Shown one piece after another: positions 38,680 through 49,097 of a DNA stretch of 64,000 bases; positions within the stretch are counted from its first letter, which is position 1, and each line of letters opens with the position of its first letter. Source of the DNA: Nitrospira sp. CG24D (lineage in GTDB: Bacteria > Nitrospirota > Nitrospiria > Nitrospirales > Nitrospiraceae); assembly GCA_002869855.2 (NCBI GenBank), contig NEWQ02000006.1, forward strand, positions 67,045 through 131,044. Direction: 5' to 3'. A program made the position numbers and the translations under genes. The notes under the pieces are model-generated. The model made no database searches and was not told the origin of the DNA. It saw nothing but the letters and a program-made list of their open reading frames with translations.

Positions 38680-39183
38680 ATGCCGCAGTTTGAATCGAGT
38701 TTTTTCTCGTCGCTGATTTTCTGGGAGATTCTGTCCTTCGGGATTCTGTTCTTCGTGCTCTATAAGTTTGCCTTTCCCGGCATCCTGGGCGCTCTCGAAG
38801 AGCGGGAGAAGAAGATCAAGGACAGCCTCGACCAGGCTGAACGTCACCGTGCGGAGTCTGAGCGGGCGTTGAAGACGTATGAGGCGAAGCTCAGTGCAGC
38901 GGCCAAGGAAGCCGAAGCCATTCTGGCAGCAGCTCAAGAGCGGGCACAGCGACTGCTTGATGAAAACGAGCAGCGGATGAGCACGGAAGCGGAGCGCATC
39001 AAGGGCGAGGCCACGCGAGAGATCGATCATGAGCGCCGGAAGGCCGTGCAGGACATCCGCAATCAGACCACGGAGCTGGCGTTGATGGTGGCGGAAAAGG
39101 TGGTTCAGCGAAGCCTGACGGATGCGGATCACCGGAAGTTTGCCGACGAAGCGCTCAGCGCCCTCTCGAAGTCACACTCCTAG
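38680..39183 (+). CDS. atpF: F0F1 ATP synthase subunit b
   Basis: An N-terminal TM followed by a long charged helix. Confidence 0.85.
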   Translation: MPQFESSFFSSLIFWEILSFGILFFVLYKFAFPGILGALEEREKKIKDSLDQAERHRAESERALKTYEAKLSAAAKEAEAILAAAQERAQRLLDENEQRMSTEAERIKGEATREIDHERRKAVQDIRNQTTELALMVAEKVVQRSLTDADHRKFADEALSALSKSHS

Positions 39184-39199
39184 TCAATCGTTCATTGCT

Positions 39200-40027
39200 C
39201 TACTTGGCTGGGCGCGGTGGGTCTATGCTTACCCCGCCCGGCCGATACCCTTCTAAGTCAATCGTCACAAACCGAAAGCCGAGTTCCTTCACGCGTCGGC
39301 TGATCCTCGTCCCTCGTTCTCCCTCAAGTATTCGAATCAGTTCATCCTGGCTGACTTCAATTCTGGCGATCTCGCCGTGATCACGCACACGGCAATGCCG
39401 GAATCCTTCTGTAAGCAAGACCTCTTCGGCCAGTTCCACCCGGCTGAGTTTTTCTCGGGTGATCGTGATGCCTCGGGGGATGCGCGAAGACAGGCAGGCG
39501 GCGGCGGGCTTGTCCCAGTTCGATAGCCCGAAGTTTTTCGCAAGGGTTCGAATGTCTGCTTTGGAGAGTCCGGCTTCGACCAGCGGGCTGCGGACCCCCC
39601 ATTCACGCGCGGCCTTGATGCCAGGCCGATCATCGCCCAGGTCGTCAAGATTGGTTCCGTCCACGATGACGGCGGCCGCCCGCGTCTCTCTCAGCGTGCC
39701 CAGTAATTGGTAGAGATCGGTTTTGCAGTGAAAACAGCGATTGGCGTCGTTCTCAGTGAAAGCCGGGATCATCAACTGGTCGGTCTCAACCAGCTCATGG
39801 CGCGCACCGATTTCTTTTGCAACGCGTGTGGCGAGTTCGAGTTCAACTGCGGGAAATGTCGGTGAAATTGCCGTCACCCCTACGACGGAATCTCCGAGTT
39901 GATCGTAGGCGACTTTCAGCACGACCGTGCTGTCGATACCGCCGGAATAAGCGACCAGGACGGAGTCCATCGCCGCCAAGATCTGGCGCAGATGGTGAAG
40001 CTTTTGTTCGAGGGAAAGAGGCTGCAT
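39200..40027 (-). CDS. larE: PP-loop ATP pyrophosphatase, LarE/TIGR00268-like
   Basis: SGGIDST PP-loop and a CFHCK motif. Confidence 0.75.
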   Translation of the reverse strand: MQPLSLEQKLHHLRQILAAMDSVLVAYSGGIDSTVVLKVAYDQLGDSVVGVTAISPTFPAVELELATRVAKEIGARHELVETDQLMIPAFTENDANRCFHCKTDLYQLLGTLRETRAAAVIVDGTNLDDLGDDRPGIKAAREWGVRSPLVEAGLSKADIRTLAKNFGLSNWDKPAAACLSSRIPRGITITREKLSRVELAEEVLLTEGFRHCRVRDHGEIARIEVSQDELIRILEGERGTRISRRVKELGFRFVTIDLEGYRPGGVSIDPPRPAK

Positions 40028-40051
40028 AGCGGCGCAGTGCCGGGGGATGTG

Positions 40052-41389
40052 TTACTGGCGGACCTTGGCTTTGGCCACGTTGCCAACGACCACGAGTGCA
40101 TAGCGTTGCGGGTCGAGGTATTGCTTGGCCACGCGTTGGACATCGTCTTTGGTGACGCGCTCAATCCATTTCTGGTACTGGCTGAAATATTCGAATCCCA
40201 GTCCGTAATATTCGACCTGCGCCAGCACCTGGGCCAGCTTGGCGGTGGAGTCCAGGCGAAGCGGGAAGCTGCCCATGAGAAAGGATTTCGCTTCCGATAA
40301 TTCCTGGTCGCTGACCGGGCTGTCGCGGATTGCTTTGATCTCCGTCAGCACGCCGGCGATGGCCTGGTTCGTGGCTTCGGTCCTGGTTTGAAGATTTACC
40401 CAAAACGAGCCGGGCAGCATGCGCGCGTCATAGTGACTCATGATGCCGTAGGCGAGTCCCTGCTTGTCGCGGATTGAGTCCATGAGCCTCGACGAAAATC
40501 CTCCGGCTCCCAGAATATGGTTCATGACGGTCACGGCGTAGTAGTCGGGATTGTTCCGACTGATCCCCCCGTGGCCGAGGACGATCGTGGACTGGGTCAG
40601 GTCTTTCTCGATCAGCTGGACGGATTTCTTCTCCACCGCCGCCGGCTTCTTCGTCGTGCGTGTTTGGGGATTGCCCTTTTTCCATGAGCCGAAATGGGTT
40701 TGTACGAGAGCTGTGGCCTGTTCGACAGAGAGATCTCCGACAATGGTCAGGATCATCTGGTTGGGGAGATATTCTTTCGCGTAGAAACTCTGCACATCCG
40801 CCAACGTGATCTTGCCCACCGTCTCTTCCGTGCCTTGCACCGGCCACCGATAAGGGTGGTTGTGAAAGACCAGCTGGTTGAAGGCTTTCATGGCCACGTG
40901 GCCGGGATCGTCGCTGTCGCTGGCGATTTCACCTTGGATCTGTGATCGCACCCGCTCGAATTCATGCTTGGGGAAGGCGGGATGCATCAACACGTCGGCG
41001 AGGAGCGTAAAACCCAGATCGACATCTTTTTTCAGCACGCGCGCCGATGCGGTGGTGAAATCCTCTCCGGCCTTCGCTTCCAGTGAGCCGCCGACGAAAT
41101 CGATTTGTTCCGCCAGTTGCTTCGACGATCGACTGGTTGTTCCCTCATCCAAGAGACTGGCGACGAGATTGGCGACGCCGGCCTTGTCGGGGGGATCGTA
41201 GGCTGACCCGGTCTTGACCAGGGCGTGAATCTCCACGATCGGGAGAAAATGCTGCTCCAGGACCAGCACTGTTAGACCGTTGGGCGTGGTGAATTTGGTC
41301 GGAGTGATATCGGCTGCGTGTAAGCTCGTAGTGAGAGAGACGACGGCAGTAATTAAAAGCAGCGCGCCGGTGCTACGCCATCGGCTCAT
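40052..41389 (-). CDS. M16-family peptidase, non-catalytic-type subunit
   Basis: It lacks HxxEH (the position reads ASLLDEG). Signal-peptide start MSRWRSTGALLLITAVV is at 41389. The ORF could extend to 41494. Confidence 0.8.
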   Translation of the reverse strand: MSRWRSTGALLLITAVVSLTTSLHAADITPTKFTTPNGLTVLVLEQHFLPIVEIHALVKTGSAYDPPDKAGVANLVASLLDEGTTSRSSKQLAEQIDFVGGSLEAKAGEDFTTASARVLKKDVDLGFTLLADVLMHPAFPKHEFERVRSQIQGEIASDSDDPGHVAMKAFNQLVFHNHPYRWPVQGTEETVGKITLADVQSFYAKEYLPNQMILTIVGDLSVEQATALVQTHFGSWKKGNPQTRTTKKPAAVEKKSVQLIEKDLTQSTIVLGHGGISRNNPDYYAVTVMNHILGAGGFSSRLMDSIRDKQGLAYGIMSHYDARMLPGSFWVNLQTRTEATNQAIAGVLTEIKAIRDSPVSDQELSEAKSFLMGSFPLRLDSTAKLAQVLAQVEYYGLGFEYFSQYQKWIERVTKDDVQRVAKQYLDPQRYALVVVGNVAKAKVRQ

Positions 41390-41477
41390 CCGAGTGAATC
41401 GCCCTGTTGCTGTGGGGGTGGCCATCATAGTCAGAGATCTTTCCGGCATGGGCGGCGGACGAATTGGGGCATCGTGG

Positions 41478-42875
41478 TCAGGGTTTCCCGGCATGTGCAG
41501 CGGTCGGTTGGGGATCTGCCGCTTTAGGTGGCTGAGGAATGAGAATGCCGACTGTCCGATTATCGGGATTCAGGTATTGCTTGGCCACTCGCTGAATGTC
41601 TTTGGCTGTGACTGCGCGGATGCGCTCCAGAAATTGATCGACCCGCCGCCAGCCTGCACCGATGGATTCCGATTGCCCCAATAACATCGCATGGCGGAAG
41701 TTCGAATCCTGCTCAAATACGTGAGAAGCTTCCACTTGATTCTTCGCCCGCTGCAGCTCCAATTCGGTCGGCGGTTCGTTTTGGAGTCGGGTGATCTCGC
41801 GATACAGCGCGTCCTCGACGGCGTCCACTTTGGACCCTGGATTCACCAGGGCATAGAAGTAAAACAGGCTGGGGTCGGTCTGCATCAGGCTGTATTCGGC
41901 GCCTACGGCCAGCGAATTCTTTTGATCGTAGACGAGACTCTGATAGAGGCGTGAACTTTTCCCCTGCGACAGGATCGATTCCAGAATATCAAGGGCGTAC
42001 GAATCGTCGCTGGAATAATTCGGCACGCGGAATCCCAGCATGACAAAGGGGACTTGCGCTTCACGTTTTAATAGAAAGCGCCGCTCGCCGCGCTGCTCCG
42101 GTTCGACCGCCAGCGTGGCCTTCGGACTCGGACCCTTGGGAATCGGTTCGAAGAGGTGCTTGATGGTCGGGAGCAAGGAGTCGGCCTTGATATCGCCCAC
42201 CACAATCAATGTGGCATTGTTCGGTGAATAGTAGGTGTCGTAGTGGCGCTGCAAATCGTCCAGGGACATGGCATCCAAGTCGGCGAACCATCCGATCACG
42301 GGCCAGTGGTAGGGGTGGCTGAGGTAGGCCTGAGCGAAGAGAGCCTCCACGAGCGCCCCTTGGGGATCATCTTCTGTGCGCAGCCGGCGTTCTTCTTTGA
42401 CGACTTCCCGCTCGGTTTGGAACTCGCTGTTGTCGAGGGTCAGCCCCTGCATGCGATCAGCTTCCATTTCCAAGGCGAGTTCGACGCGATCGGCTGCGAG
42501 GTTCTCAAAATAGGCGGTGAAATCCTGACTGGTAAAGGCATTGTCAACTCCCCCATTCTTCCGGATGAGCCGGGAGAAGGAGCCCTTCGGATACTTCGCT
42601 GTGCCTTTGAACATCATGTGTTCGAGCATATGAGACAGGCCGGCTCGGCCCATCACTTCATTGCGTGAGCCCACTTTGTACCAGACCTGCACGGTTGCGA
42701 CCGGGGCTTTGGGGACTTCCACGAGCAGGACCTTCATTCCGTTGGATAGGAGATATTCGTGCGGCTCGGCAGCGTAGCCCGTTCCTGCCCACAGGCAGAG
42801 AGTGAGTACGGTGAAGAGGACTGATCGATGACGGTGGTGTTGTGACTTCATAGTTGGGTGAGTCGTACGAGGCAT
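41478..42875 (-). CDS. M16-family zinc peptidase, catalytic-type subunit
   Basis: HMLEHMMFKG (the inverted zincin HxxEH motif) and a signal peptide. Confidence 0.85.
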   Translation of the reverse strand: MPRTTHPTMKSQHHRHRSVLFTVLTLCLWAGTGYAAEPHEYLLSNGMKVLLVEVPKAPVATVQVWYKVGSRNEVMGRAGLSHMLEHMMFKGTAKYPKGSFSRLIRKNGGVDNAFTSQDFTAYFENLAADRVELALEMEADRMQGLTLDNSEFQTEREVVKEERRLRTEDDPQGALVEALFAQAYLSHPYHWPVIGWFADLDAMSLDDLQRHYDTYYSPNNATLIVVGDIKADSLLPTIKHLFEPIPKGPSPKATLAVEPEQRGERRFLLKREAQVPFVMLGFRVPNYSSDDSYALDILESILSQGKSSRLYQSLVYDQKNSLAVGAEYSLMQTDPSLFYFYALVNPGSKVDAVEDALYREITRLQNEPPTELELQRAKNQVEASHVFEQDSNFRHAMLLGQSESIGAGWRRVDQFLERIRAVTAKDIQRVAKQYLNPDNRTVGILIPQPPKAADPQPTAAHAGKP

Positions 42876-42876
42876 G

Positions 42877-43983
42877 CTAACAACGGGATTCGATTTGTGT
42901 CAAGGCAACGGGCGCCTGGCCGGCCGGAACATTGCCTAATTGGCCGCAGGCTCCCAGCACGTCACGCCCTCGGCTTTTACGAATGAATGTGTCGATGCCG
43001 GCGCGGGTCAATATCGCTTGGAACGTGAACACGCGATCATCAGTCGGCCGCCGGAAGGCGTTTCCTGGAAATTCATTGAACGGAATCAAGTTTACTTTAC
43101 ACCGAATTCCTGTGAGCAGCTTCACGAGGCGCCGGGCATCGTCATCGCGGTCGTTCACGCCGGCAAGTAGGACATATTCAAACGTCAGCCGTCGCATGGG
43201 AGGGAGGGGATATCGGCGGCAGGCGGCCATGAGGGTCTTGAGTGAAGCGATCTGACTGGCTGCGGGCATCAACTGTTGCCGCTGTTCCTCTGTCGTGCCG
43301 TTCAAAGAAATCGCCAGATTCACGCCGAGCGCCGCCACGTCTTTCAACCGGGTGGCAAGTCCCGCAGTCGAGACCGTAATGCGGCGCGGCGACCAGCCCA
43401 GACCCCACGATTTGTTTGTCAGGCAGCGGATCGCTACGGCCAGCGCCTCACTATTCGCCAGGGGTTCGCCCATGCCCATGAACACAAGGTTGGTGAGGCG
43501 TTCGTCGCCGGTAAGCTGATCCTGAGCCGTCAGCACCTGATCGACGATCTCATGCGCTTTGAGATTACGCTTCAGCCCCATCGTGCCGGTCAGGCAGAAG
43601 CCGCAGTCCAGCATACAGCCGACCTGTGTCGAGACGCAGAGGGTCAGCCGGTCTTCATCGGGAATGAGCACCGTTTCGATGCGAAGGCCATCGTCTAAGG
43701 TCAGGAGTAGTTTGCGCGTGCCATCAGATGACTGCAGCACGGTGCAGTTCTGGGTGCGCTGAATCGTTGAGACAGTTGTTAGTTTCTCACGATCGGATTG
43801 TGAGAGATCGGTCATCTGCTCAATGGTGCGAGCGCGGCGTTGATAGAGCCACCGCAATATCTGCCCGGTCCGATAACCAGGCCAGCCGAATCCACGGACA
43901 AGCGCGGCCATCTGGGCCTCGGTCAAGCTCAGCAAGTTTGTCTGCGGGCGCGAAGGTTCAGGCATGGACACATCTACGTTCAT
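42877..43983 (-). CDS. rlmN: 23S rRNA/tRNA adenine-C2 methyltransferase (radical SAM)
   Basis: Motifs FRTGQILRWLY-like N-terminus, CMLDCGFC (CxxxCxxC) and ACGQL. The start is uncertain (43965, 43983 or 44040). Confidence 0.9.
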   Translation of the reverse strand: MNVDVSMPEPSRPQTNLLSLTEAQMAALVRGFGWPGYRTGQILRWLYQRRARTIEQMTDLSQSDREKLTTVSTIQRTQNCTVLQSSDGTRKLLLTLDDGLRIETVLIPDEDRLTLCVSTQVGCMLDCGFCLTGTMGLKRNLKAHEIVDQVLTAQDQLTGDERLTNLVFMGMGEPLANSEALAVAIRCLTNKSWGLGWSPRRITVSTAGLATRLKDVAALGVNLAISLNGTTEEQRQQLMPAASQIASLKTLMAACRRYPLPPMRRLTFEYVLLAGVNDRDDDARRLVKLLTGIRCKVNLIPFNEFPGNAFRRPTDDRVFTFQAILTRAGIDTFIRKSRGRDVLGACGQLGNVPAGQAPVALTQIESRC

Positions 43984-44103
43984 TGATGAGGGGCAGGGTA
44001 TCACAGGGTGGGGGCAATCGGCAGCATCCGTTCGGCCCAAATCCTGGAATCAAGCACCATGCCTCCTACCCCTGCGGTCTATAATGTGTTACTACATTCG
44101 AAT

Positions 44104-46368
44104 ATGACGACCCCATCTTGTTCATTCCTTGTTTCAGCGGCATTTGTTGCTCTATTGGGGCCTTTGCCGGCCCAGGTGCTGGCCTCGCAGGTGAGTAATG
44201 GAGACGCGTCCGCTGCCGGTTCCTGCGAATCTGCTGAAGAGTGCTTTGCTGCGGCGGCGCAGCCCAAAGAACGATTAGGCAATCAACTCACGAAAGATCA
44301 GGTGTCGGCGCTCAAGTTGGAGCGATTACGGTTGGTGACAGAGCGATTCCCCGGTTCGGTCTGGGCCAAGCGCGCGGGGGTGTTGTCCGGGGTGTTGCTG
44401 GTTGAGCGAAATCCGGCAGCGGCCCTGCCGTTTTTGCGGGCGGGCCAACGCGACCTTCCGGTACTCGACGATTATCTGCGCCTCTGGATGGGCGAGGCGA
44501 CGTTGCATCTGGGCGATGCGAAAGAGGCCGCCGGATTTTTCGAGAGCGTGGTCCAGGCGGTACCGGATTCCAATTTGAGCGGTCTTGTGGCGCTCCGTGC
44601 CGGAGAAGCCTGGTATCAAGCGGCGAGTTGCCCTGAGGCGCTGGGCTGGTTGGCGAAGGCGGTGATGAACAACGAGAAAGACAAAGATCCGCTCGTGCCG
44701 CGAGCGTGGTTGCGCATGGCGGCCTGTTACCTTCGTGCCGGCCAGATCACCGAAGGCCGGACGACGCTCAAGCAACTCTGGGTCCGGTTTGCCTATGCCC
44801 CGGAAGCGAAAGAGGCGGCGGCGCTGCTCCTCACGAATCTTGGCGGGGAACCCTGGATGGCTTCCTCGGAAGATCATTTCAATCGGGCGCAGTCGTTTCT
44901 CGGCCAGGCGTTGCATGCGGAGGCGATTGAGGAACTGAAAAAGTTTTTGACGATGGAGCCGGGCTCGCCGCATCGCGGGAGTGCGAAGCTCAAGCTTGGA
45001 GTCGCGCAGGTGCGGCTGAAGCAATACGATCCGGCCCGTGAGACATTTCGGGCGCTGATGGCCGAGCACGTGGCGGAATCCGATGAAGCCACGGTCTGGC
45101 TGGCGCGAGTCTACCTGCGTCAGGCAACGGGGGCGAAGCTGCTGGAGTTGAGCCGGTCTCTGGATAAGCTCCCGCTGTCGGCGGAACAGAAGGGGCAGAT
45201 CAATATCTTTGCCGGGATCTGGCTTGAAGATCAGAAACAGTTCAATGAGGCGATTGCCAAGTATCGGTTGGTGGCGAAGGCGGGAGAGCCGGCAACTCAG
45301 CGGGCAGAGGCGTCCTGGCGAGTCGGATGGGCCCTCTATCGGACCGCTCGGTACAAAGAGGCCATCGAAGTCTTGCAGCACATTGTCGATCAGCGCGATA
45401 GCGATTATGAGCCCCAAGCGCTCTATTGGATTGCCCGCTCTCTGACGCAGACGCAAAATAGCCGGGCGCGCGATGTCTATGCGCAATTGTGCCGGCAGTA
45501 TCCCTTCACGTATTACTGCCAATTGGCCAGGGAGCAGGCGCCTGATGCGGTGGTTGAAATCGGAGGTCAGGCTGCGCCGTCGATAGTGGCGGAATCACCG
45601 ACGACGGAGGTTGCGGCTCCTTCGTTGATGAAATTTGCAGAGGTGGAGCAGCAGCCGGCCTATCGTCGGGCGTTGGAGCTGAAGATGTTGGGGCTTGAAG
45701 CCGATGCGGCGCGTGAACTGGCGGCTCTCACCGAGCAATATACCCGCGACCCGGATATCTTGATGACGCTCTCGATGCGGTTGAACGAGGTGGGAGCCTA
45801 TAACCACGCCCTGCGTTTAGCCCGTGCCCGGTTCCGCGAAAAGTTGGAGCGCACCGGTGGAACGGTGGCCCCAGGGCTTTGGAGCGTGGCGTATCCCACG
45901 GGTTTGATTCCGACGATCAAGACGCAGGGATTGAACGGAGTGAATCCCTATCTGGTCGCGGCTATTATCCGGGAAGAGAGTCAGTATGATGTGCGGGCGG
46001 TATCGCGGGTGGGCGCAATCGGATTGATGCAGGTCATGCCGGCCACGGCCAATCAGGTCGCGCAACGGCATCATTTCCCCGCGGTAACCCGGGAAGATCT
46101 CTTTGATCAGGAGACGAATGTGCGGATTGGGGCCCGGTATGTCGAGCAATTATTGGCCCAGTTCTCCGGGAATGTGGTTCACACGATCGCCGCCTACAAC
46201 GCGGGTCCGATTGTCGTGGGCAATTGGGCGGACCAGCATCGCGGGCGCAGCCAGGATGAATTTGTCGAGCTGATTCCGTTTCAAGAGACGCGTCAGTATG
46301 TGAAGAGGGTCTTGCGGAGCTTTAAAGAATATCTTCGGTTGGCTGGTAGCGCTGGTCCGGTTTCTTGA
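44104..46368 (+). CDS. slt: Soluble lytic murein transglycosylase (Slt70-like, TPR-rich)
   Basis: The C-terminal SLT domain has REESQYDVRAVSRVGAIGLMQVMPAT and AYNAGP. The signal-peptide start is at 44104; ATG 44059 is an alternative. Confidence 0.85.
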   Translation: MTTPSCSFLVSAAFVALLGPLPAQVLASQVSNGDASAAGSCESAEECFAAAAQPKERLGNQLTKDQVSALKLERLRLVTERFPGSVWAKRAGVLSGVLLVERNPAAALPFLRAGQRDLPVLDDYLRLWMGEATLHLGDAKEAAGFFESVVQAVPDSNLSGLVALRAGEAWYQAASCPEALGWLAKAVMNNEKDKDPLVPRAWLRMAACYLRAGQITEGRTTLKQLWVRFAYAPEAKEAAALLLTNLGGEPWMASSEDHFNRAQSFLGQALHAEAIEELKKFLTMEPGSPHRGSAKLKLGVAQVRLKQYDPARETFRALMAEHVAESDEATVWLARVYLRQATGAKLLELSRSLDKLPLSAEQKGQINIFAGIWLEDQKQFNEAIAKYRLVAKAGEPATQRAEASWRVGWALYRTARYKEAIEVLQHIVDQRDSDYEPQALYWIARSLTQTQNSRARDVYAQLCRQYPFTYYCQLAREQAPDAVVEIGGQAAPSIVAESPTTEVAAPSLMKFAEVEQQPAYRRALELKMLGLEADAARELAALTEQYTRDPDILMTLSMRLNEVGAYNHALRLARARFREKLERTGGTVAPGLWSVAYPTGLIPTIKTQGLNGVNPYLVAAIIREESQYDVRAVSRVGAIGLMQVMPATANQVAQRHHFPAVTREDLFDQETNVRIGARYVEQLLAQFSGNVVHTIAAYNAGPIVVGNWADQHRGRSQDEFVELIPFQETRQYVKRVLRSFKEYLRLAGSAGPVS

Positions 46369-46431
46369 CAAGATGTAGTGAAGTTTTTATAGTGCCCCAC
46401 AATCTATTGGGTTTATTGGGAGATTTTGAGC

Positions 46432-46686
46432 ATGTCGTTGGATCGTCTCGATGCGCTGGAAGGCCGGATTCGTGAGTTGGTGAAACTTGTTCAGGAATTC
46501 AAGAAAAAGAATGCGCTGTTGGAGGATGAGCTGAAGGCGACGCGCCAGCGCCTCTCCTCACAAGACGACATGAATCGGCAGTGGGAACAGGAGCGGGTGG
46601 ACATCAAGGCGCGTATTGAGCGAGTGATGGGTGAGATCGATTTGTTGGAATGTTTGGACGATTCCAAGGAGGTGGCTCTTGACTAA
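46432..46686 (+). CDS. ZapB-like coiled-coil protein
   Basis: An 84-aa all-coiled-coil protein. ATG lies 8 nt after GGGAGA, directly before zapA. Confidence 0.6.
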   Translation: MSLDRLDALEGRIRELVKLVQEFKKKNALLEDELKATRQRLSSQDDMNRQWEQERVDIKARIERVMGEIDLLECLDDSKEVALD

Positions 46687-46975
46687 GACCATTGATGTGG
46701 AAATTTATGGCCAGCGTTATTCCATTCGAGGTGAGGCGGATGATGTGTATATTCGAAGGCTTGCGAGTTTCGTGGATGAGCACATGCGGACGTTGGCTGA
46801 GGGGATGAAGACTGCGACGCCCTCCAAGTTGGCTGTCTTGACGGCTATCAATCTGGCCCATCAATTCTTCGAGTCGGAAAAGAAGCGGACCCAAGGCGAG
46901 GCCGATGTCGATCGCCGGATGGAGACGCTGATGGAATCCATCGAGGAGCAGATGCCGATCTCGTTCTTCCGGTGA
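46679..46975 (+). CDS. zapA: Cell division protein ZapA
   Basis: TTG at 46679 follows AAGGAGGTGG. The product includes VEIYGQRYSIRGE and LAVLTAINLAH. Confidence 0.8.
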   Translation: MTKTIDVEIYGQRYSIRGEADDVYIRRLASFVDEHMRTLAEGMKTATPSKLAVLTAINLAHQFFESEKKRTQGEADVDRRMETLMESIEEQMPISFFR

Positions 46976-47486
46976 GTTTCACCTTGCTTTCGGAAAAGGC
47001 CTTTGTTATCGTGGGTCTAGTGTCTTTACGTTATGCGTGTGTCGAGTGATGAGGAGTCGGTTTCCAGGAACGTCATCCAGAACAGAATGTGTGATCGAGA
47101 TAGTCGAATGATCAATGCACAAGAGAACAGCGGTGTATCTGTGTATGCAGTCCTAGTACGGTGGATGCTCACATTGTGGGTGATTCCCGTTCGGCGGTTC
47201 GTGTGGACGATCGTAGATCGGTGTGTGGACATGGTCGTAGATGTGTCGCGCGCTGTCGGTCGTGAGTTGCACGTTCAGCCTGTGCTTGCAGTGATCCCTC
47301 GTCGGCAGAGCATGCGGGTAGGAGTTCGAATGTCTCGGCCGGATGGGAGTGGATACAGATACACAGGTGGTCGATCTTCTGGTTCCCGTGTGCAATCGCG
47401 TTTGGGATGACAGTGTTCCCGGTTTGAGCCTTCCTCGTTTTCTCTCCACCCTCGCATAGCGCTGCATTGCTAACAGATTGCAGAGA

Positions 47487-49097
47487 ATGGGCGATCTGGC
47501 CTGTTTTCTCCATGAAGGGGGTGCTCCCATTTCTACCTCACTCGTTGCCTACATACTCTGTGGACTTATCGGGGCTCTGATTGGTGCCGGTCTGCTTGAA
47601 GTGGTTCGTCGTCAGCTCGCCACAGCCAAACGAACGGAAGCGGAAGATCAGGCGAAACAGATTACTCAAAACGCTCAGCGCGAGGCCGAAACGCTTATCA
47701 AGGAAGCCAAGCTCGAGTCGAAGGATCTGATCTTCCAAGCCAAGACCGATTTGGAAAAAGAGCAGAAGGTCAGGCTTGCTGAGCTGGCGGTGACGGAGAA
47801 ACGGCTTGTTCAGCGTGAAGAGAATCTGGATCGGAAGCTTGGGGCGATCGAGAAGCGAGAAGCAGACACGCAGAAAAGAGATCAAGAGTTTGCGCGGCGT
47901 GAAGAAGGACTTGCCAAGAAAGAGGCGGCCTGCGCTAAAGTTGAGCGCGAGCATCGCGAGGCGCTCGAACGAGTGGCTGGGATGACGGGCGATGAGGCCA
48001 AGAAGCAATTGATGGTCGAAATGGAGAGTCAGGCTCGCCTTGATGCAGCCGGGTTTGCCAAGCGGACATTGGAAGAGGCGCGTGAGAATTCTGAACGGGA
48101 AGCGCGAGAAATTATTACCAGCTCGATTCAGCGTGTCGTGCGCGACTACGTGGCGGAATCCACGATCTCTGTGGTTCAGATCCCCAATGACGCGATGAAA
48201 GGCCGGATCATCGGTCGGGAAGGGCGAAACATTCGGGCGATCGAGGCGGCGACGGGCATCGATTTGATCATCGATGAAACGCCGGAAGCGGTGATCATCT
48301 CAGGTTTCGATCCGTTGCGGCGCGAAATCGCCAAGGTGTCGCTTGAGCGGCTGATGCACGATGGACGGATCCATCCGACGCGTATTGAAGAAATCGTCGA
48401 AAAAGTGAAGGTTGATATCGATAAGTTGATGTATGAGGAAGCCGAGAAGATTATTTTTGAACTGGGCCTTTCCGATTTCCATCCGGAACTGATCAAAGTG
48501 TTGGGACGCTTGAAGTACCGGACGAGCTATGGTCAGAACAATCTGTATCATGCCCGCGAGGCCGCCTATATTTGCGGAATCATGGCGTCTGAGCTGGGGC
48601 TCGACGTCAAGTTGGCGCGGCGCGGGGCGTTACTCCATGACATCGGCAAAGCGGTCAGTCACGAAGAGGAAGGTCCGCATGCGATGCTCGGCGCTGAGAT
48701 CGCCAAGAAATACGGCGAGTCTGCGAAGATCGTCAATGCGATCGCAGGACACCATGAACAGGTGGAGCCGATCTGTCCGGAGAGCGTGTTGGTCGCGGCT
48801 GCCGAAGCGTTGTCTGCTGCGCGGCCTGGCGCACGACGTGAAGCGCTGGAGTCGTATGTGAAACGGTTGGAGAAGCTGGAGGCGCTCGCTACGGCTTATA
48901 AAGGCGTCCAAAAGGCGTACGCGATTCAAGCGGGACGGGAGATTCGCGTGATTGTGCGGCAGGAAGATATTACCGACACGGAGTCATTCCAGCTGTCACG
49001 AGACTTGGCGAAGAAGATCGAGCAGGAGCTGACTTATCCCGGACAGATCCGGGTGACCGTGATTCGCGAAAGCCGGTATGTGGAGTACGCGAAGTGA
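47487..49097 (+). CDS. rny: Ribonuclease Y
   Basis: An N-terminal TM, a coiled coil, a KH domain (GRIIGREGRNIRAIE) and an HD domain (LLHDIGK). The start is ATG 47487 or TTG 47478. Confidence 0.9.
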   Translation: MGDLACFLHEGGAPISTSLVAYILCGLIGALIGAGLLEVVRRQLATAKRTEAEDQAKQITQNAQREAETLIKEAKLESKDLIFQAKTDLEKEQKVRLAELAVTEKRLVQREENLDRKLGAIEKREADTQKRDQEFARREEGLAKKEAACAKVEREHREALERVAGMTGDEAKKQLMVEMESQARLDAAGFAKRTLEEARENSEREAREIITSSIQRVVRDYVAESTISVVQIPNDAMKGRIIGREGRNIRAIEAATGIDLIIDETPEAVIISGFDPLRREIAKVSLERLMHDGRIHPTRIEEIVEKVKVDIDKLMYEEAEKIIFELGLSDFHPELIKVLGRLKYRTSYGQNNLYHAREAAYICGIMASELGLDVKLARRGALLHDIGKAVSHEEEGPHAMLGAEIAKKYGESAKIVNAIAGHHEQVEPICPESVLVAAAEALSAARPGARREALESYVKRLEKLEALATAYKGVQKAYAIQAGREIRVIVRQEDITDTESFQLSRDLAKKIEQELTYPGQIRVTVIRESRYVEYAK

